A stretch of 62,894 nucleotides of DNA, counting the filler, from Licmophora abbreviata (lineage: Eukaryota), in assembly GCA_900291995.1 (NCBI GenBank). It is 12 parts of 12 records of this genome, joined end to end, with 100 filler letters (N's around TTAATTAATTAA, not from the genome) between each part and the next. Parts side by side here need not be neighbours in the genome. Positions count along the whole stretch, not along the records: positions 42,663 to 45,042 come from OLMU01000101.1; positions 45,143 to 54,612 come from OLMU01000102.1; positions 54,713 to 59,100 come from OLMU01000104.1; 9 more parts are not named here. One strand, written 5' to 3'. Under the pieces are notes generated by a model. The model did no database searches, had not been told where the DNA came from, and saw nothing but the letters and a program-made list of their open reading frames with translations. A program made the position numbers and the translations under genes. Of the stretch, positions 44,432 through 56,497 are shown piece by piece (position 1 is the stretch's first letter; each line of letters starts with the position of its first letter).

Positions 44432-47039
44432 ATGGTGTGGTCCTGTGCCGCTTGTACGTATGCCAATGCATCCGACGGTGCCTGGGCCTGTGAAATATGT
44501 GCTACGCGGCGTCCTAGAAGAGAAGGAAACCATGCTCCTGCTATTGATCTCTCCAAAGATACGGCCGACGTGTCGTCGCGCCAATCTATTGGTCGCACCG
44601 ATAGTGCGTCTTCGACCCGTAGTATGAAGCAGATGAATCTCTTTGGGAAGTTTGTGGCCAAGGCAGAGAGTCCAAAGAAATCGAGAGTTCTTAAACGCAA
44701 AGACCCTCCGATGGCAGCCGCGGCGAGAAACATTACTGCCGAGAATCAGCCCAAAATATGCAGTAGCGCGCCATCCTTTTCAGGCATGCCGCCGGGATCG
44801 AGAAAGACGACGGTGACAACACAGTCCAGGATGCCTACCAACGAAGTAGCCGTACGAGGAACGTTGTCACAGAGGGTCAGGTGGACTGAGTCTTTCGATA
44901 AACTTTGGGAGAAGGCCGACGATCGTATGAAGACCGTATTCAAGATCTCGTCACTTCGGAACTTACAGCCGATGGCCATTGAGACTGCGCTCCGGCGACA
45001 GAACCAAATCGTCGTTATGGCTACTGGAGGGGGTAAGTCGCTNNNNNNNNNNNNNNNNNNNNNNNNNNNNNNNNNNNNNNNNNNNNTTAATTAATTAANN
45101 NNNNNNNNNNNNNNNNNNNNNNNNNNNNNNNNNNNNNNNNNNCTCCCTGCGACGGTCGTTGGCGGTGTGACGCTTGTTGTTTCCCCGCTTATTGCGCTTA
45201 TGGTGGACCAGGTAGCCGCGCTGAACGGCAAGGGCGTCGCGGCTGCGCTTATATCCTCTGCCAGTGGTGCGGCAAACAATCGAAACGTCATGGAGCGTCT
45301 CTTAGGCCGCCCCTCCAAACCTCAAAAGAAAGGAAAACATTCTGGTCCCCTAATGCCCGTGACAATCCTTTACGTCACTCCGGAGCTCCTTCAGACGGAG
45401 CGCTTTCGCGACGTGCTGACGGAGCTCTATGAGAAGGATCGGTTGGCGTTCATCGCGATTGACGAAGCGCACTGTCTCTCCACATGGGGACATGACTTTC
45501 GCCCTGCCTATCGAAAGCTACAGTGGTTGCGAACAACACTGCCCACCATTCCGGTCATGGCTTGCACTGCTACAGCGACGGCAAAGGTCATTTCGGATAT
45601 TAGAGAGACCCTTCTCCTTCCAGTCAGCGAGGCACCATGTCATATTGGTTCCTTCAATCGACCCAACATTTCGTACGAGGTGCGTTTCAAAGACTCTTTG
45701 GATGCTACAAATCCGCGCGGTGCTGTAGGGAACTTGGTTGATTTCATTAAGACTCAACATGTGAAGGCGACAGAGAGATCCGTTCCGTGCTCAGGCATTG
45801 TCTACTGTCACAAACGACAAGACACTGAAGAGCTTGCAAAGCAGATCGCCGATGAAACGGGTATCCGCACAGCACCATACCACGCTGGTTTGAAGGATGC
45901 GGAGCGAAAAGAGATCCAAGAAGCATGGACGAATGGTGGGATCCAAGTCGCGTTTGCCACCGTGGCATTTGGCATGGGCATTGATCTGGCGCATGTTCGA
46001 TATGTGGTGCACTGGACCCTTGCCAAGACGGTGGAGGGATTCTATCAGGAGTCGGGTAGGGCGGGGCGTGATGACCTCCCCGCTGTCTCCATTCTTTACT
46101 TTTCCAAAGACGAAGTCTCCAGATTTTCATACCTGATCCAACAGCAGAGCTATTCCGCGAAGGATCCTCAAAAGGCGAAGCAATCAGCCAGGAGTTCGCG
46201 CGAAGCTTTGCAGCGAATGGAAAATTACTGTCTAACTCCTTGCTGTCGCAGAACGTACTTGCTCCAACATTTTGGGGAGAGTATTGATCCGAAGGGTGTG
46301 TGCAAGAAGACCTGCGACTACTGTTTAGATCCAGGCAAGACAGAGAAGGCCATCGATGCCTCCCAATTTATCAATGACACCATCAGTTCAAATGACAATC
46401 CTTCACCTGCCAACTGGGACGGTCAATGGAAGCGACCTCACGGTGAAATCGTTGACGACAGTGATAACGAGTGTGGCGACCATTGGGCTGAAGGTGACAT
46501 GACGATATCGGCGCCGGCGGCGACGCACTACAGTAATACCAACGACATTGCGTCGAGCAAGCCGAGTTCTCGGTCGTTTGCGAAAGTCAGCTCAATTCTG
46601 GAAAAGTATGAGGTGAGTGTCTGCTTACTTGTATGCTACTCGAATGTTCCTTGCGGCTCACAAGTAGTTTGATTGTTTGGCACAGGCAATAGAGGCGAAA
46701 GAGAATACATCGAGTGGGTTCGTTCGCTTCACCACGAAATGCATACTCCGCTCCAAAAATGGGAAACAGCGCACTGAGACGGCCGTGCCGGTAATCCCGC
46801 ACCACCTTCGAAACAACCTGCCAGACCCCCTTAGTCATCTTTCGACCACCGTTGACAGGCCAATGGAAAGTACGACGGCAAACGCACAAATCAGTGGGGA
46901 GCGGCGACAGGAGAAGTCAAAGGCTCTCCAGCAGCAAAGAGAGGAAATGTCCAGACGGCTGAAGGAGCTACACTCAAAGCCAAACAACCCTCTTCCGCCC
47001 CCGCCGGTAGCTTTTTCATCGCGTCCAAAGAAGGGATAA
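44432..47039 (+). CDS. RecQ-family DNA helicase with N-terminal RanBP2-type zinc finger; spans a gap
   Basis: LRNLQ, MATGGGKS, SPLIALM.DQV, DEAHC..WGHDFRPAY, TATA, FGMGID, YQESGRAGRD, Zn site CRR..HFGE..C.KTCDYC; last intron about 46613-46685. Confidence 0.93.
45043..45142. other. Artificial scaffold spacer (inside RecQ gene)
   Basis: 44 N + TTAATTAATTAA + 44 N. Confidence 0.98.
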
Positions 47040-47085
47040 TCGATTTACTATGTGGCTCATAATGGCTCTTGACATCCTATAGACC

Positions 47086-50000
47086 TTACTTCTCCTCAAG
47101 CATAGCGAGTCTCTCGAACTTTGCTATGGCTTCTTCTATGTCCGAAACCTTCTTTTTGAGGCCAGTCAGCTTTTCGACATTGGCGGCCTTTAATTCGTCC
47201 TTCACATGCTCTTCGTATCCCGTGGCGGTCATTTTCTTCTCGAGATTCTGGAGTACAGGCCTGGTGTTCGTCAAAGTCTTGTTCAATTTGGCGATCTCGG
47301 CTTTATAGTCCAGAAGCCCGGTCAAATCCATGAGCACACTTAGCTGATCATCGACAACGATGATGCTGACTCCCTCCGGTATGTCCTCGTTGTTCGGGTT
47401 GACATCGACCTGTGAAGCCTTACCCAACGTCATAATGTCATCCAGCTGCGCTCTCACATCCTGCTCACCATCGCCGATGATCCTAACGAAGAAGTGCGTC
47501 TGCACTTTGTTAGCAATTTGGTACGAGGCTCGAAGCGATCGACACGCTTTAACGATCTTTAGGATCAGAGTCATCGAAGATTCTGCTGCGCAATTTCTGT
47601 AATCCTCAATGCACCGGGGATACTCGGCTAACATGATCGTCTCGGTTTCTGTGTCGCCGAGGGTTCCTCGCCCAGGTAGGCGCTGCCAGAGCTCCTCCGT
47701 CACGAAAGGCATCATGGGATGCAAGAGACGAAGGCCAGCTTCCAGGGAAACCCAAAGAGTCGCCTGGGCCGTCCAGCGTTTGTCTTTATTCTCTTCGCCC
47801 TTCTCGTACACGACAGGCTTGATAAGTTCTAGATATACATCGCATAAATCGTCAATCCACAGAGAGTACGCGGCCTGCTGAGCATCACCGAACCGGTAGG
47901 CAGAAAAGCAGTCGTTTACAGCCTTCGATCCAGCCATGAGTCGAGAGATCATGAATTGGTCACGCAGTGCCATTTTGCCACTCGCCATGAGGTCTTGCAA
48001 CAGAGTCGAAGTAGGTTCGAAGTCTGCCACAAATTGCAAGGCGAATCGTGTGGCATTCCATAGTTTGTTGCAGAACATACGATATCCAACCACACGCTTG
48101 ATATCAAGGCTGATATCACGACCCTGCACGGTGTAAGCAAGGAGCCCAAAGCGCAACGCGTCCGATCCGCATTCTGGAATGCCGTCAGGGAAGTCGGAAG
48201 CTTGGTCCTTCTTGGCTTTTGCGACTTCCTTAGGCGGCAGGTTTCCACCGTCGAGCTTCGCCTGTAGACTATCTAGAGTGCAGCCATTGATAACTTCGAG
48301 CGGGTCGATAACATTTCCAAGTGACTTGGACATTTTCCGGCCGTCTTTGTCGCGAACCATCGCATGTAAAAACACGGTGTGAAACGGGAGCTTGTCAGTG
48401 AGCTCCAGCCCCATCATGACCATCCGAGCCACCCAGAAGAAAAGAATATCCAATCCCGTCTCAAGAAGCGACGTCGGGTAAAACGCTTTCAAATCGTCCG
48501 TCTGGTGGGGCCAACCCATTACGGAGAAGGGAAAGAGACCTGACGAGAACCACGTATCGAGGACATCGCCATCGCGATCCAGTTCGATTTCGTCGCGAGG
48601 GCATCCCAGAAGTCTCGTGGCTTTCTCGTATGCATCCTGAGTGTATGGCGCAAAGCGTGGTGAGCGAGCAAAAAGAAAAGAAGAGATGGGCCACACATAC
48701 GATGACACTACGTACCTCCTCGGTTCTAGCAACGATCCAACGATCATTATTCGCCATATCATTCTTGCTGAGATTCTCTCCCTTCTTGGCGGCAAACCAC
48801 GCGGGGATCTGGTGCCCCCACCAGAGTTGACGGCTCACACACCAATCGCGAATGTTGTCGAGCCACTGGAACCAGGTCTTCTCGTGATCTTTTGGAACGA
48901 TGGTCAGCTCCCCGTTTCTCACCGCGTCGGTGGCACGCTTCGCCATACCATTACAGTTTACATACCACTGCGGAGTAATCATCGGTTCAAGGATATCCTG
49001 TGATCGAGAACACAATCCAATTCGCATCTTGTTCGGCTCTTTTCCAATAAGGAGTCCCTTCGTGCGTAAGTAAGGAACACACAGTAGTTGAATTACGAGT
49101 CACATACGGACAGTCAGATAATACCGAACAAACCATACGAGCGCTTACCTTCTCTTCAAGCGCATCTTCAACAGCGATTCGAGCATCGTATCGCATCATT
49201 CCTTCAAACGGCGCTCCATTGCTATTGATCGCACCGTCTGGTGACAACATCGTGATAAACTCCAAGTTGTGGCGCTTCCCGCACTCGTAATCGTTCGGGT
49301 CGTGTGCCGGGGTGATCTTCACCGCACCGGTACCAAACGTCATGTCGACGAGCACCGGATCCGTGACGATTGGAATACGCCTCCCATTGAATGGATGGAT
49401 AACGAATTTTCCGTGAAGATGTTTGTACCTCGGGTCCTCGGGATGGACAGCAACGGCTGTATCGCCTAGCATCGTTTCGAGTCGAGTCGTCGCAACCACT
49501 AGTTTTTCATCGGAATCTTCGACTGGGTAGGCGAACGACGTAAGAGTCCCGAACTCATAGCGACCCTTGGGATCCTTTGGATTGCCCTTGTGAGTTTTCA
49601 CTTCCAAATACGTGCGTCCCTCCAGGTCAATGTAATCCACCTCAATGTCTGAAATCGCCGACTTCAGAGCGCAAGACCAGTTCCCAAGTCTGTTTGCTCG
49701 ATAAAGCAGTCCCTTCTCGTGGAACTGATTAAAGGCTTCCACGACGGCTTTGCTCAGCATATCGTCCATAGTGAAGCGTTCGCGAGACCAATCGACACTA
49801 CTCCCTAGAGATCGGAGCTGTGTTGTGATTTTGTTTCCGTAGTCCTTCTTCCATTCCCAAACTTTCTCGACAAACTTTTCGCGTCCCAAATCATGCCGGG
49901 TAAGACCCTCATTTTTGGTGAGCATCTTTTCAACGACAGACTGTGTGGCAATACCAGCATGATCCGTTCCTGTGATATGGAAAAGATGTGAATCCAAGAA

Positions 50001-50799
50001 ACATGGAGCGTCAGTGGGACGAAATATCTACGACGAGCCCTTGTGCGAAGGAACCAAGTTTGATCTTGCATCGAGTCGATTGCTAGGCAGTGCACTATTG
50101 AGCGATGACCCGGCCACATGCCTTGCTGCCCAGAGAACCCATGCGATAAGGATTGAAACGCAACGCGTCGCCACAACGTACCTGGCACGTAAAGAGTTGC
50201 ATGTCCCATCATGCGATGCCACCGCGTCAGAGTATCTTCTACAGCAGCAGTCAGGGCGTGCCCCAGATGCAATGAGCCTGTTACGTTGGGAGGGGGGATG
50301 ACCATGACAAACTTCTCGTCCTCCGATTTGCCCATGGCGGCTTTAGGATCGCCCTTGTAGAAGCCTGAGGCCTCCCACCAATCCTGCCAAGCCGCCTCTA
50401 CCGCCGCAGGGTGGTACGCTTCGGCCATTGGGATGGCCTTGAGATCTTTCTTTTCGCCCTTGGGTGTCATATTCACAAAATCTGGTTTGGGAGGCGCCGT
50501 CTTGGCCTTCTTCTCCTTCTTTGAACTGCCATCGCCCCACTTGGGCTTTTCCTTCTTCTTGCCCTGTCACATGCGCGTGGTTTTGAAAGGTGAGACATCC
50601 GAAATTAAAGTAGCGGTGGCAGAACTCGATTATCACCAAAGTCAGGCCCCACTGCCTCTGGGTAAACACTTACCTTTCCTTTTGCAAGCTTTTTGAGCTG
50701 ATTCTTGGATAGTTTCTGTTCGCCAGCGCCGCCTTCTGGGGCCACGGCCTGTTGCTCTTCTCCGGCAAGTTTCTCGGGCGCCTTTGCTTCTTCCGACAT
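47086..50799 (-). CDS. VARS: Valyl-tRNA synthetase (cytosolic type), multi-exon
   Basis: [67 protein letters not shown]-terminal coiled-coil arm; GT-AG introns link the ORF pieces. Confidence 0.97.
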
Positions 50800-51661
50800 A
50801 GTATATCACCTGTCGAGATGCCAAGTCGATATAAGATCACTAGAATGGTACACAGTACACAGTTGTGAAGGAGAACGGGCTTGGTTCTTCGTCGATGCAC
50901 GGATCAAGACATCGATAGCCTTGTAGCCTGTGATGTGTTTGTGGATCCGACAGAGGTGAGAGCTCTTCTGAATTTCGGTCGGCTATTCTGGACCGCACAA
51001 AAAAGCTCGGACACATGGATCGTTTCGTACGACGGCAGGACTCCGGACTGTATCTTTTCACGTAGCACTCAGTACAAAACCTACGGATAACACAACCGTG
51101 AACCTTCCAAGCGGTTGAGGTCCTTTCCGATGCGCGCAGAAAAGATCCTCACAATCCACTCAATTGGAGGAGACGCACGCCACTGCCGCGCGCTGTTGTG
51201 TTGTGTTGGATAGTCTCATCTTTCTCTGCGCGATCCACCACGCGAACCAAGTGTCATCGGTAAGAATGCAAACGCGACCTGAGCTTGGGCTGAATGCGAG
51301 GCGTGGGACTGTAGACCACGAGGAGATGTCGTGAAGCGTTCTTTCGTGCTGTCATGAACTTCACGATTACGTACCTTTTCTACGAGTTCCTCCGTAGGAT
51401 TCGATACTGCCGAATCCTTGGATCCAAATTTCCGAAGAACACTCTCGTTCACCGGCGCTATATGCGGGTGTTTGGCTCGGTATAGTCGCGTCTTTTTCTT
51501 TCTCACGTCCAATCCGACAACTTCGATGCACTTCACTGAGGGGTGAAGTCACCTGGATCGTGACGGTCTCCCCCAACCAACTTCTCATTATCCTTCGCGC
51601 TCACTCATCTTTGATTTTGCACCTCCCTTCTTTCCGCCTCAGACTTTTACCACCGTCCATC

Positions 51662-52684
51662 ATGAGTATCAACGTTCTACTATCACCGGACGACTTTGCC
51701 CGTGACCTTGACCAGCGTCTCGGTCGTGCCAATGGCAATGTGTATCATCGACAAGAAGGAATCGAAGGTGTTCACGACGGCCAGTACATGATTCGACTCA
51801 AGAAGAAGCGTTTTGTCATTCTGGACTACTCTATTGTCCCCACCGATGCCGACTATCAGACTGCTTCCGTTACTGCCCATATTCACATTCCCGAGGGCGC
51901 TGGCAAGCAACAGTGCTCCACGGCCGAATGCTGCAAGGTGGGCATTCCAGTCTGTTTGTACGACTCCTCTCCCGATGATACGTCCCCGCTCTACCTTCGC
52001 TCGGGGCTTTGCTTTACCTGTCAACGCAACTTGAACGAAAAGCGCCGCACGGTGCGCAAACGCAAGAGTGATGGCGGCGGCGGCGGTTCCAAGGGAGCTG
52101 AACACGTCTACACAGTCGCCTCGAGCAAGAAGAAGTTCAAGATGGGAGGCAGCACGATTGAGCTCGCAAGTGACGCTCTCATCGTCAACGGACCTGTCGA
52201 TGGCGCCAGGCAGCATGGACCTGGGTACGGGTTTTCCGAGATCGGTGAGGACCTTGCGACAACCATTCAAGAAGTAGCCGACAACACGAACCGCCTCCTC
52301 ACCGCTAGTGGTCAGACCACGGACCTTGATGCAGCCACCGAGGAAGCTGCGAGAAGAGTCGTGAATGCCGCAGTGGCAGCGACGGAGGCGACCGAGGACT
52401 TTTCGTCTCTCTATGAAACGGCCTTCAAGTCTATGAGCAAGGGATTGTACTTGCTTTCGCAGTGGAAAGCGTCCTGGGATGCGGCTGTCACGGCAGCTGT
52501 GGTGCAGGAGACCGGTCACGAGTCTGAATTTGCCGATGCTGTTGCCTCCGCAGCGGCCGCTGCAGTTGCGGCTGCGTCCGTGGATTCCCAAGATCAGAAC
52601 GCTGACAATATGGTGTCACTTCTACTTGCCGCCGAAAAGAAAGGGGACGACAAGGAAGGTGAGGAGGAAGTGGTAAGCGTGTAA
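51662..52684 (+). CDS. Uncharacterised probable nuclear protein with a Cys cluster
   Basis: CSTAECCKVGIPVC..GLCFTCQR followed by KRRTVRKRK; Ala/acidic helical C-terminus; strong codon bias. Confidence 0.75.
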   Translation: MSINVLLSPDDFARDLDQRLGRANGNVYHRQEGIEGVHDGQYMIRLKKKRFVILDYSIVPTDADYQTASVTAHIHIPEGAGKQQCSTAECCKVGIPVCLYDSSPDDTSPLYLRSGLCFTCQRNLNEKRRTVRKRKSDGGGGGSKGAEHVYTVASSKKKFKMGGSTIELASDALIVNGPVDGARQHGPGYGFSEIGEDLATTIQEVADNTNRLLTASGQTTDLDAATEEAARRVVNAAVAATEATEDFSSLYETAFKSMSKGLYLLSQWKASWDAAVTAAVVQETGHESEFADAVASAAAAAVAAASVDSQDQNADNMVSLLLAAEKKGDDKEGEEEVVSV

Positions 52685-52830
52685 TAGGGTTGTGAATGTG
52701 ACTGGACTTTGGCTGCTGCACCAAACGACGAGCTTTAAAACATGGCAAGTAGACCAATATTAAGAAGAGTTCTAATACAGAGTGAGCATGAAGTACTGTG
52801 CTGTACCAGTAACTGCAGCCCTACACCATG

Positions 52831-54601
52831 TTATGTATCGCTAGTTTTACTAAAAGCGACGCGAAGTAATTCGTCGACTGAAGTAATTTTCTCCCGCGGT
52901 TGCTCGGGGCTGCGCTTTCGGGACGACGAATGCTCGTCTGAGTCGATGCGCTCATACGCCGACCAGTCAACAACTTGGACGTTTCTACTAGACAGTAACT
53001 CATGAATGTCCGTCGCTCTTTCGCCATCATGTATCAAGCGGTCGTGCAGATCCTTGACAATAGAGGCAACCGTATCTTTCGCATCGGCAATGTTGGTTCC
53101 GATTATCCCGCTTGGCCCCCGTTTCAACCATCCAGAAACATACAGCCCACCAAGCTGTTCTGTTGCCGGATCTATCATCCCATGCGTATGATTACAGACG
53201 CCACGTCTTTCATTGAAATGGCTAGACCCCTCCATATCGGGAAGCGCAATGCTTTTGTAGCCTATGCTAACGAGAGCCTGTCAAGCGGGTCGTTGCGGAG
53301 AAATGAGTAGGGAGAAACAAATCATGATATTTACCTTTCACCCGCATTGTGCACTCACCATCTGCGCTGGGAACGAAACTTCCTCGCCCGTTCCCACAGC
53401 CCTCTGAGAGGAAGGGTCACCCTCGAGCCGTGTGCGCTCGCAAATCACCGATCCCAAAGTTGACGGGTCGTCGCCACGCGGTTCGAACCGGACCGGATTG
53501 AGAAGGAATCGTAACGAAACCTGCTTCGGATTATATTCATTTGCTGGAGACGAGGCTGCATCACGTAGGAGCTTGTCAATCCGTACTCGTGGCCTCGCGC
53601 CAGGGCGTTCGAGCTCTTCCAATGTAGCAGGGTTCGCCCCCATATCCAGTTCGTCTGTATCTACGACAAACGACGTGTGGTGGCCCTCCTCGTCCAGTTT
53701 TGTCAATTCACGCAGCTCCTAAGGGAACAATGATTGGGAGAGCAACATTAACGATCGCCCACATCTCGCCGCAGTGACGAACATCACATTCTAACTGGTA
53801 CCTAATTCGTACCTTGATAGTGAAAGCTCCTTGGATATGACCCCGACGACCGAGCACAGTCGTCAGTTTGACTCCATCCTGCAGTACCGAAAGCGCATGC
53901 GACGAAATGTCGGTATCGATCAATCCAGCTGCACCCTTGGCAAGAACTCTGCCACAGTCTAGAGCAACATTTCCTTGTCCGATTACAACGACGTGCGCAT
54001 CACCGGGCCGACTCCCGAGTGCCTCCGCTACCGTCTCCCCAACGTGAACATAGTCAGGATGGCCATTGTACCACGCGACAAATTCTCGTGCGCTCAGGAC
54101 TCCCTTCAACGTATCTTCCCCAGGGATGCCCAATTTCCTGTCCGATTCGCAACCATACGCCAAGACGACTACGTCGTACAGTTCGCGAAGTTCGCGCAAA
54201 GAAACATCTTTTCCGACTGTCACATTGCCCAAAAAATTGACAGAACCAGATTGAAACAGGGCAGCAAAGTCATTTTGAACGTTCTTGACTTCAGGGTGAT
54301 CAGGGGCAACGCCGCTGCGTACCAGACCAAACGGAGTTGGAAGACGTTCCAGGACATCAATCTTGCCGCCCATTTGGTATTTTCGGAACGCTGACTGAAG
54401 GTACTTGGCCGTATAACAACCCGATGGTCCACTTCCGACGATGGCAACCCTGACAGGATGGTCCGAGGAGCTAAGGAATCGTGTCGTCGCGAACTGAGAT
54501 GGAAGTGCCGCAGCGCCGACTGGAAGGGCTGAATTGGGTCGGCGGCTGCATCTGGCACGGCGCGACACACGTATGGCAAAGGATTGAGAAATCCTCGGCA
54601 T
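52831..54601 (-). CDS. FDXR: NADPH:adrenodoxin oxidoreductase, mitochondrial, 3 exons
   Basis: VGSGPSG, PFGLVRSGVAPDHPEVK, FVAWYNGHP, IGQGNVALD, GRRG..AFTIK-ELRE, GWLKRGPSGII; R-rich presequence. Confidence 0.95.
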
Positions 54602-54612
54602 GGTGATCTTCT

Positions 54613-54712
54613 NNNNNNNNNNNNNNNNNNNNNNNNNNNNNNNNNNNNNNNNNNNNTTAATTAATTAANNNNNNNNNNNNNNNNNNNNNNNNNNNNNNNN
54701 NNNNNNNNNNNN
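54613..54712. other. Artificial scaffold spacer
   Basis: 44 N + TTAATTAATTAA + 44 N. Confidence 0.98.
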
Positions 54713-54917
54713 GCTGCATTCTATTCAATATGAAGTACCAGGTAGGTTGTTTGGCGCCTTCTAAATTCATTCAAAGTCGAGCTCTGAGCTCTATAAACCC
54801 AAGTCATTGCTTTGATGATGCATGCGCAAACGCATCTCGACAATGTGTGTGTTTTCTCAACTTAGCTCCACTGCTTCATTCGATACTCGGGTTCTGTTTT
54901 CACTTTTCACGCATGTC

Positions 54918-56159
54918 ATGGAGAATACAAGCAGAGAGTTTCCAGTGAACAGCAGGTTGTATGTTTCGTCGGATCTCGAAGTCGATCGTCGTTCACAAGA
55001 GGAGCGTCAAAATGTCGCCGAGCAAGCCTTGGAGGCGGTCGGCAAGCTCTTGAACGATGCCGATGGCATGCTGGAGGGATTAGAAGAAGATCCTGAAATT
55101 TTAGGCTCGGCGTTGGTACGGGGATGTATTGACTTGGCGGATGCGATAGGTAGTCTGGCGCAACAACTGGATCAGCAGTCGGATGATGATCGTCTTGCTC
55201 TCGCGCAAGCCTGTCTGGAGGATGCCGCCGAAGTGGAAAAGGCAATGTCGATAGCGAGTGGACAAAAACCAAGCTCTTCGTCACAACTGCTGAATTCCTC
55301 TCGAGAAATGACATCAATGTCGGAAGATGACATAATGCTGGCACTATCGGGGGCAGAGGCCTTACTGCGCGACGTGGAGTTCTCCTTGCGCAGTATAGAT
55401 CGACACGATGCTGACGAGATCGCCGATGTCGCCTTGACGCTTGCTCGACTGTTTTTAATTTCCTTGCAGAATTTCCATGCGACCGTTACTCCTGCCGAGC
55501 TTTTGGGTACTCAACAGCAACAGACTGGTGGGGGGCTGGAAGTGGAACTCCTGGATCCCGACCCGGCAATGGACGACGACACTGTTCCCAACAAGAGTCG
55601 AAGTGCCCCGGACGCCACGAAAAGTCGGAAGGATAGGGTCCGGATATTATGGCCCCCACTTGGACCCTCTGTAGCTTCTGCATGCGAATGGGGCAAGGAC
55701 GAAGCTTCCAAAAAGCCTTTGCTGTCGGTCGCCATGGGAATCACGCTGTGGCCTGCAGCAGTCATGACGGTCATGGTAGGGACGCCCCTGGTTCTGGCAG
55801 ACGGGCTATTGCAGAATGTATATACGTCATTTTCCAATGCACCCTTGGTGGAGAATCTGGAACGAGGCGCTGCGCAGCTGTATCAGGCGGGTCGACTTTC
55901 TCTGTTGTCAGGAAAGCTAGTGTGTCGTCAGACTCTGCGAGTCGTCAAGCGTCAAGTAGATCGCCACGGTGGAATGGAGAAAGTTGCGCATGACTTGGGA
56001 GGGGTGGTCGTTGATCGGATCTTGCATCCAATAGAGACTGCGGGCCTTGCTTGGAACGGGATTGCATGGGGAGTGGGGACAGTGCAAGAAGCGATAAAGA
56101 ATGTTCAGAAGATGGCAGAGCAGCGGGAAACGGATGCGACAGCTACCTACTTGCACTGA
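54918..56159 (+). CDS. Hypothetical protein: acidic helical N-terminus, C-terminal hydrophobic hairpin
   Basis: Long intronless ORF; hydrophobic LLSVAMGITLWPAAVMTVMVGTPLVLA; no recognised family. Confidence 0.7.
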   Translation: MENTSREFPVNSRLYVSSDLEVDRRSQEERQNVAEQALEAVGKLLNDADGMLEGLEEDPEILGSALVRGCIDLADAIGSLAQQLDQQSDDDRLALAQACLEDAAEVEKAMSIASGQKPSSSSQLLNSSREMTSMSEDDIMLALSGAEALLRDVEFSLRSIDRHDADEIADVALTLARLFLISLQNFHATVTPAELLGTQQQQTGGGLEVELLDPDPAMDDDTVPNKSRSAPDATKSRKDRVRILWPPLGPSVASACEWGKDEASKKPLLSVAMGITLWPAAVMTVMVGTPLVLADGLLQNVYTSFSNAPLVENLERGAAQLYQAGRLSLLSGKLVCRQTLRVVKRQVDRHGGMEKVAHDLGGVVVDRILHPIETAGLAWNGIAWGVGTVQEAIKNVQKMAEQRETDATATYLH

Positions 56160-56497
56160 TGTCGGAAACCATGAATATAATATGAAACGTTAACAGCAGC
56201 AGCTTCAATACGCTCCCTTGCGAGCAACTGCTATCCGAACTTCTTTCGCTCTTTTTTAGTTTCATAGCCTGTCGCATAGCCGAACTCCGGGTTTCTGATC
56301 GAACTGGACATTTTGCGCGACGCGATGACCGCGGTATTTGAGCGCATCAATTTTTGCCGCCGTCGCACTTCGTTCGCAACGCTCGTGTTCGTCTTCGGTG
56401 AGCGTTGAGCTGCATACAGGCCTTCTTCTTCTAAAGTAGAAACCTCGTTGTTGCCGCCAGTCGTTGCAGTCGTCGAGATTGCTTCATTGTCACGAAC

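Noticed and set aside
50800..50900. Upstream organelle-targeting extension for ValRS
   Set aside because: The upstream ORFs are out of frame with the MSEEAK start, and no supported donor site links them.
51683..52591. 302-aa minus-strand ORF
   Set aside because: Antisense shadow of a codon-biased plus-strand gene.
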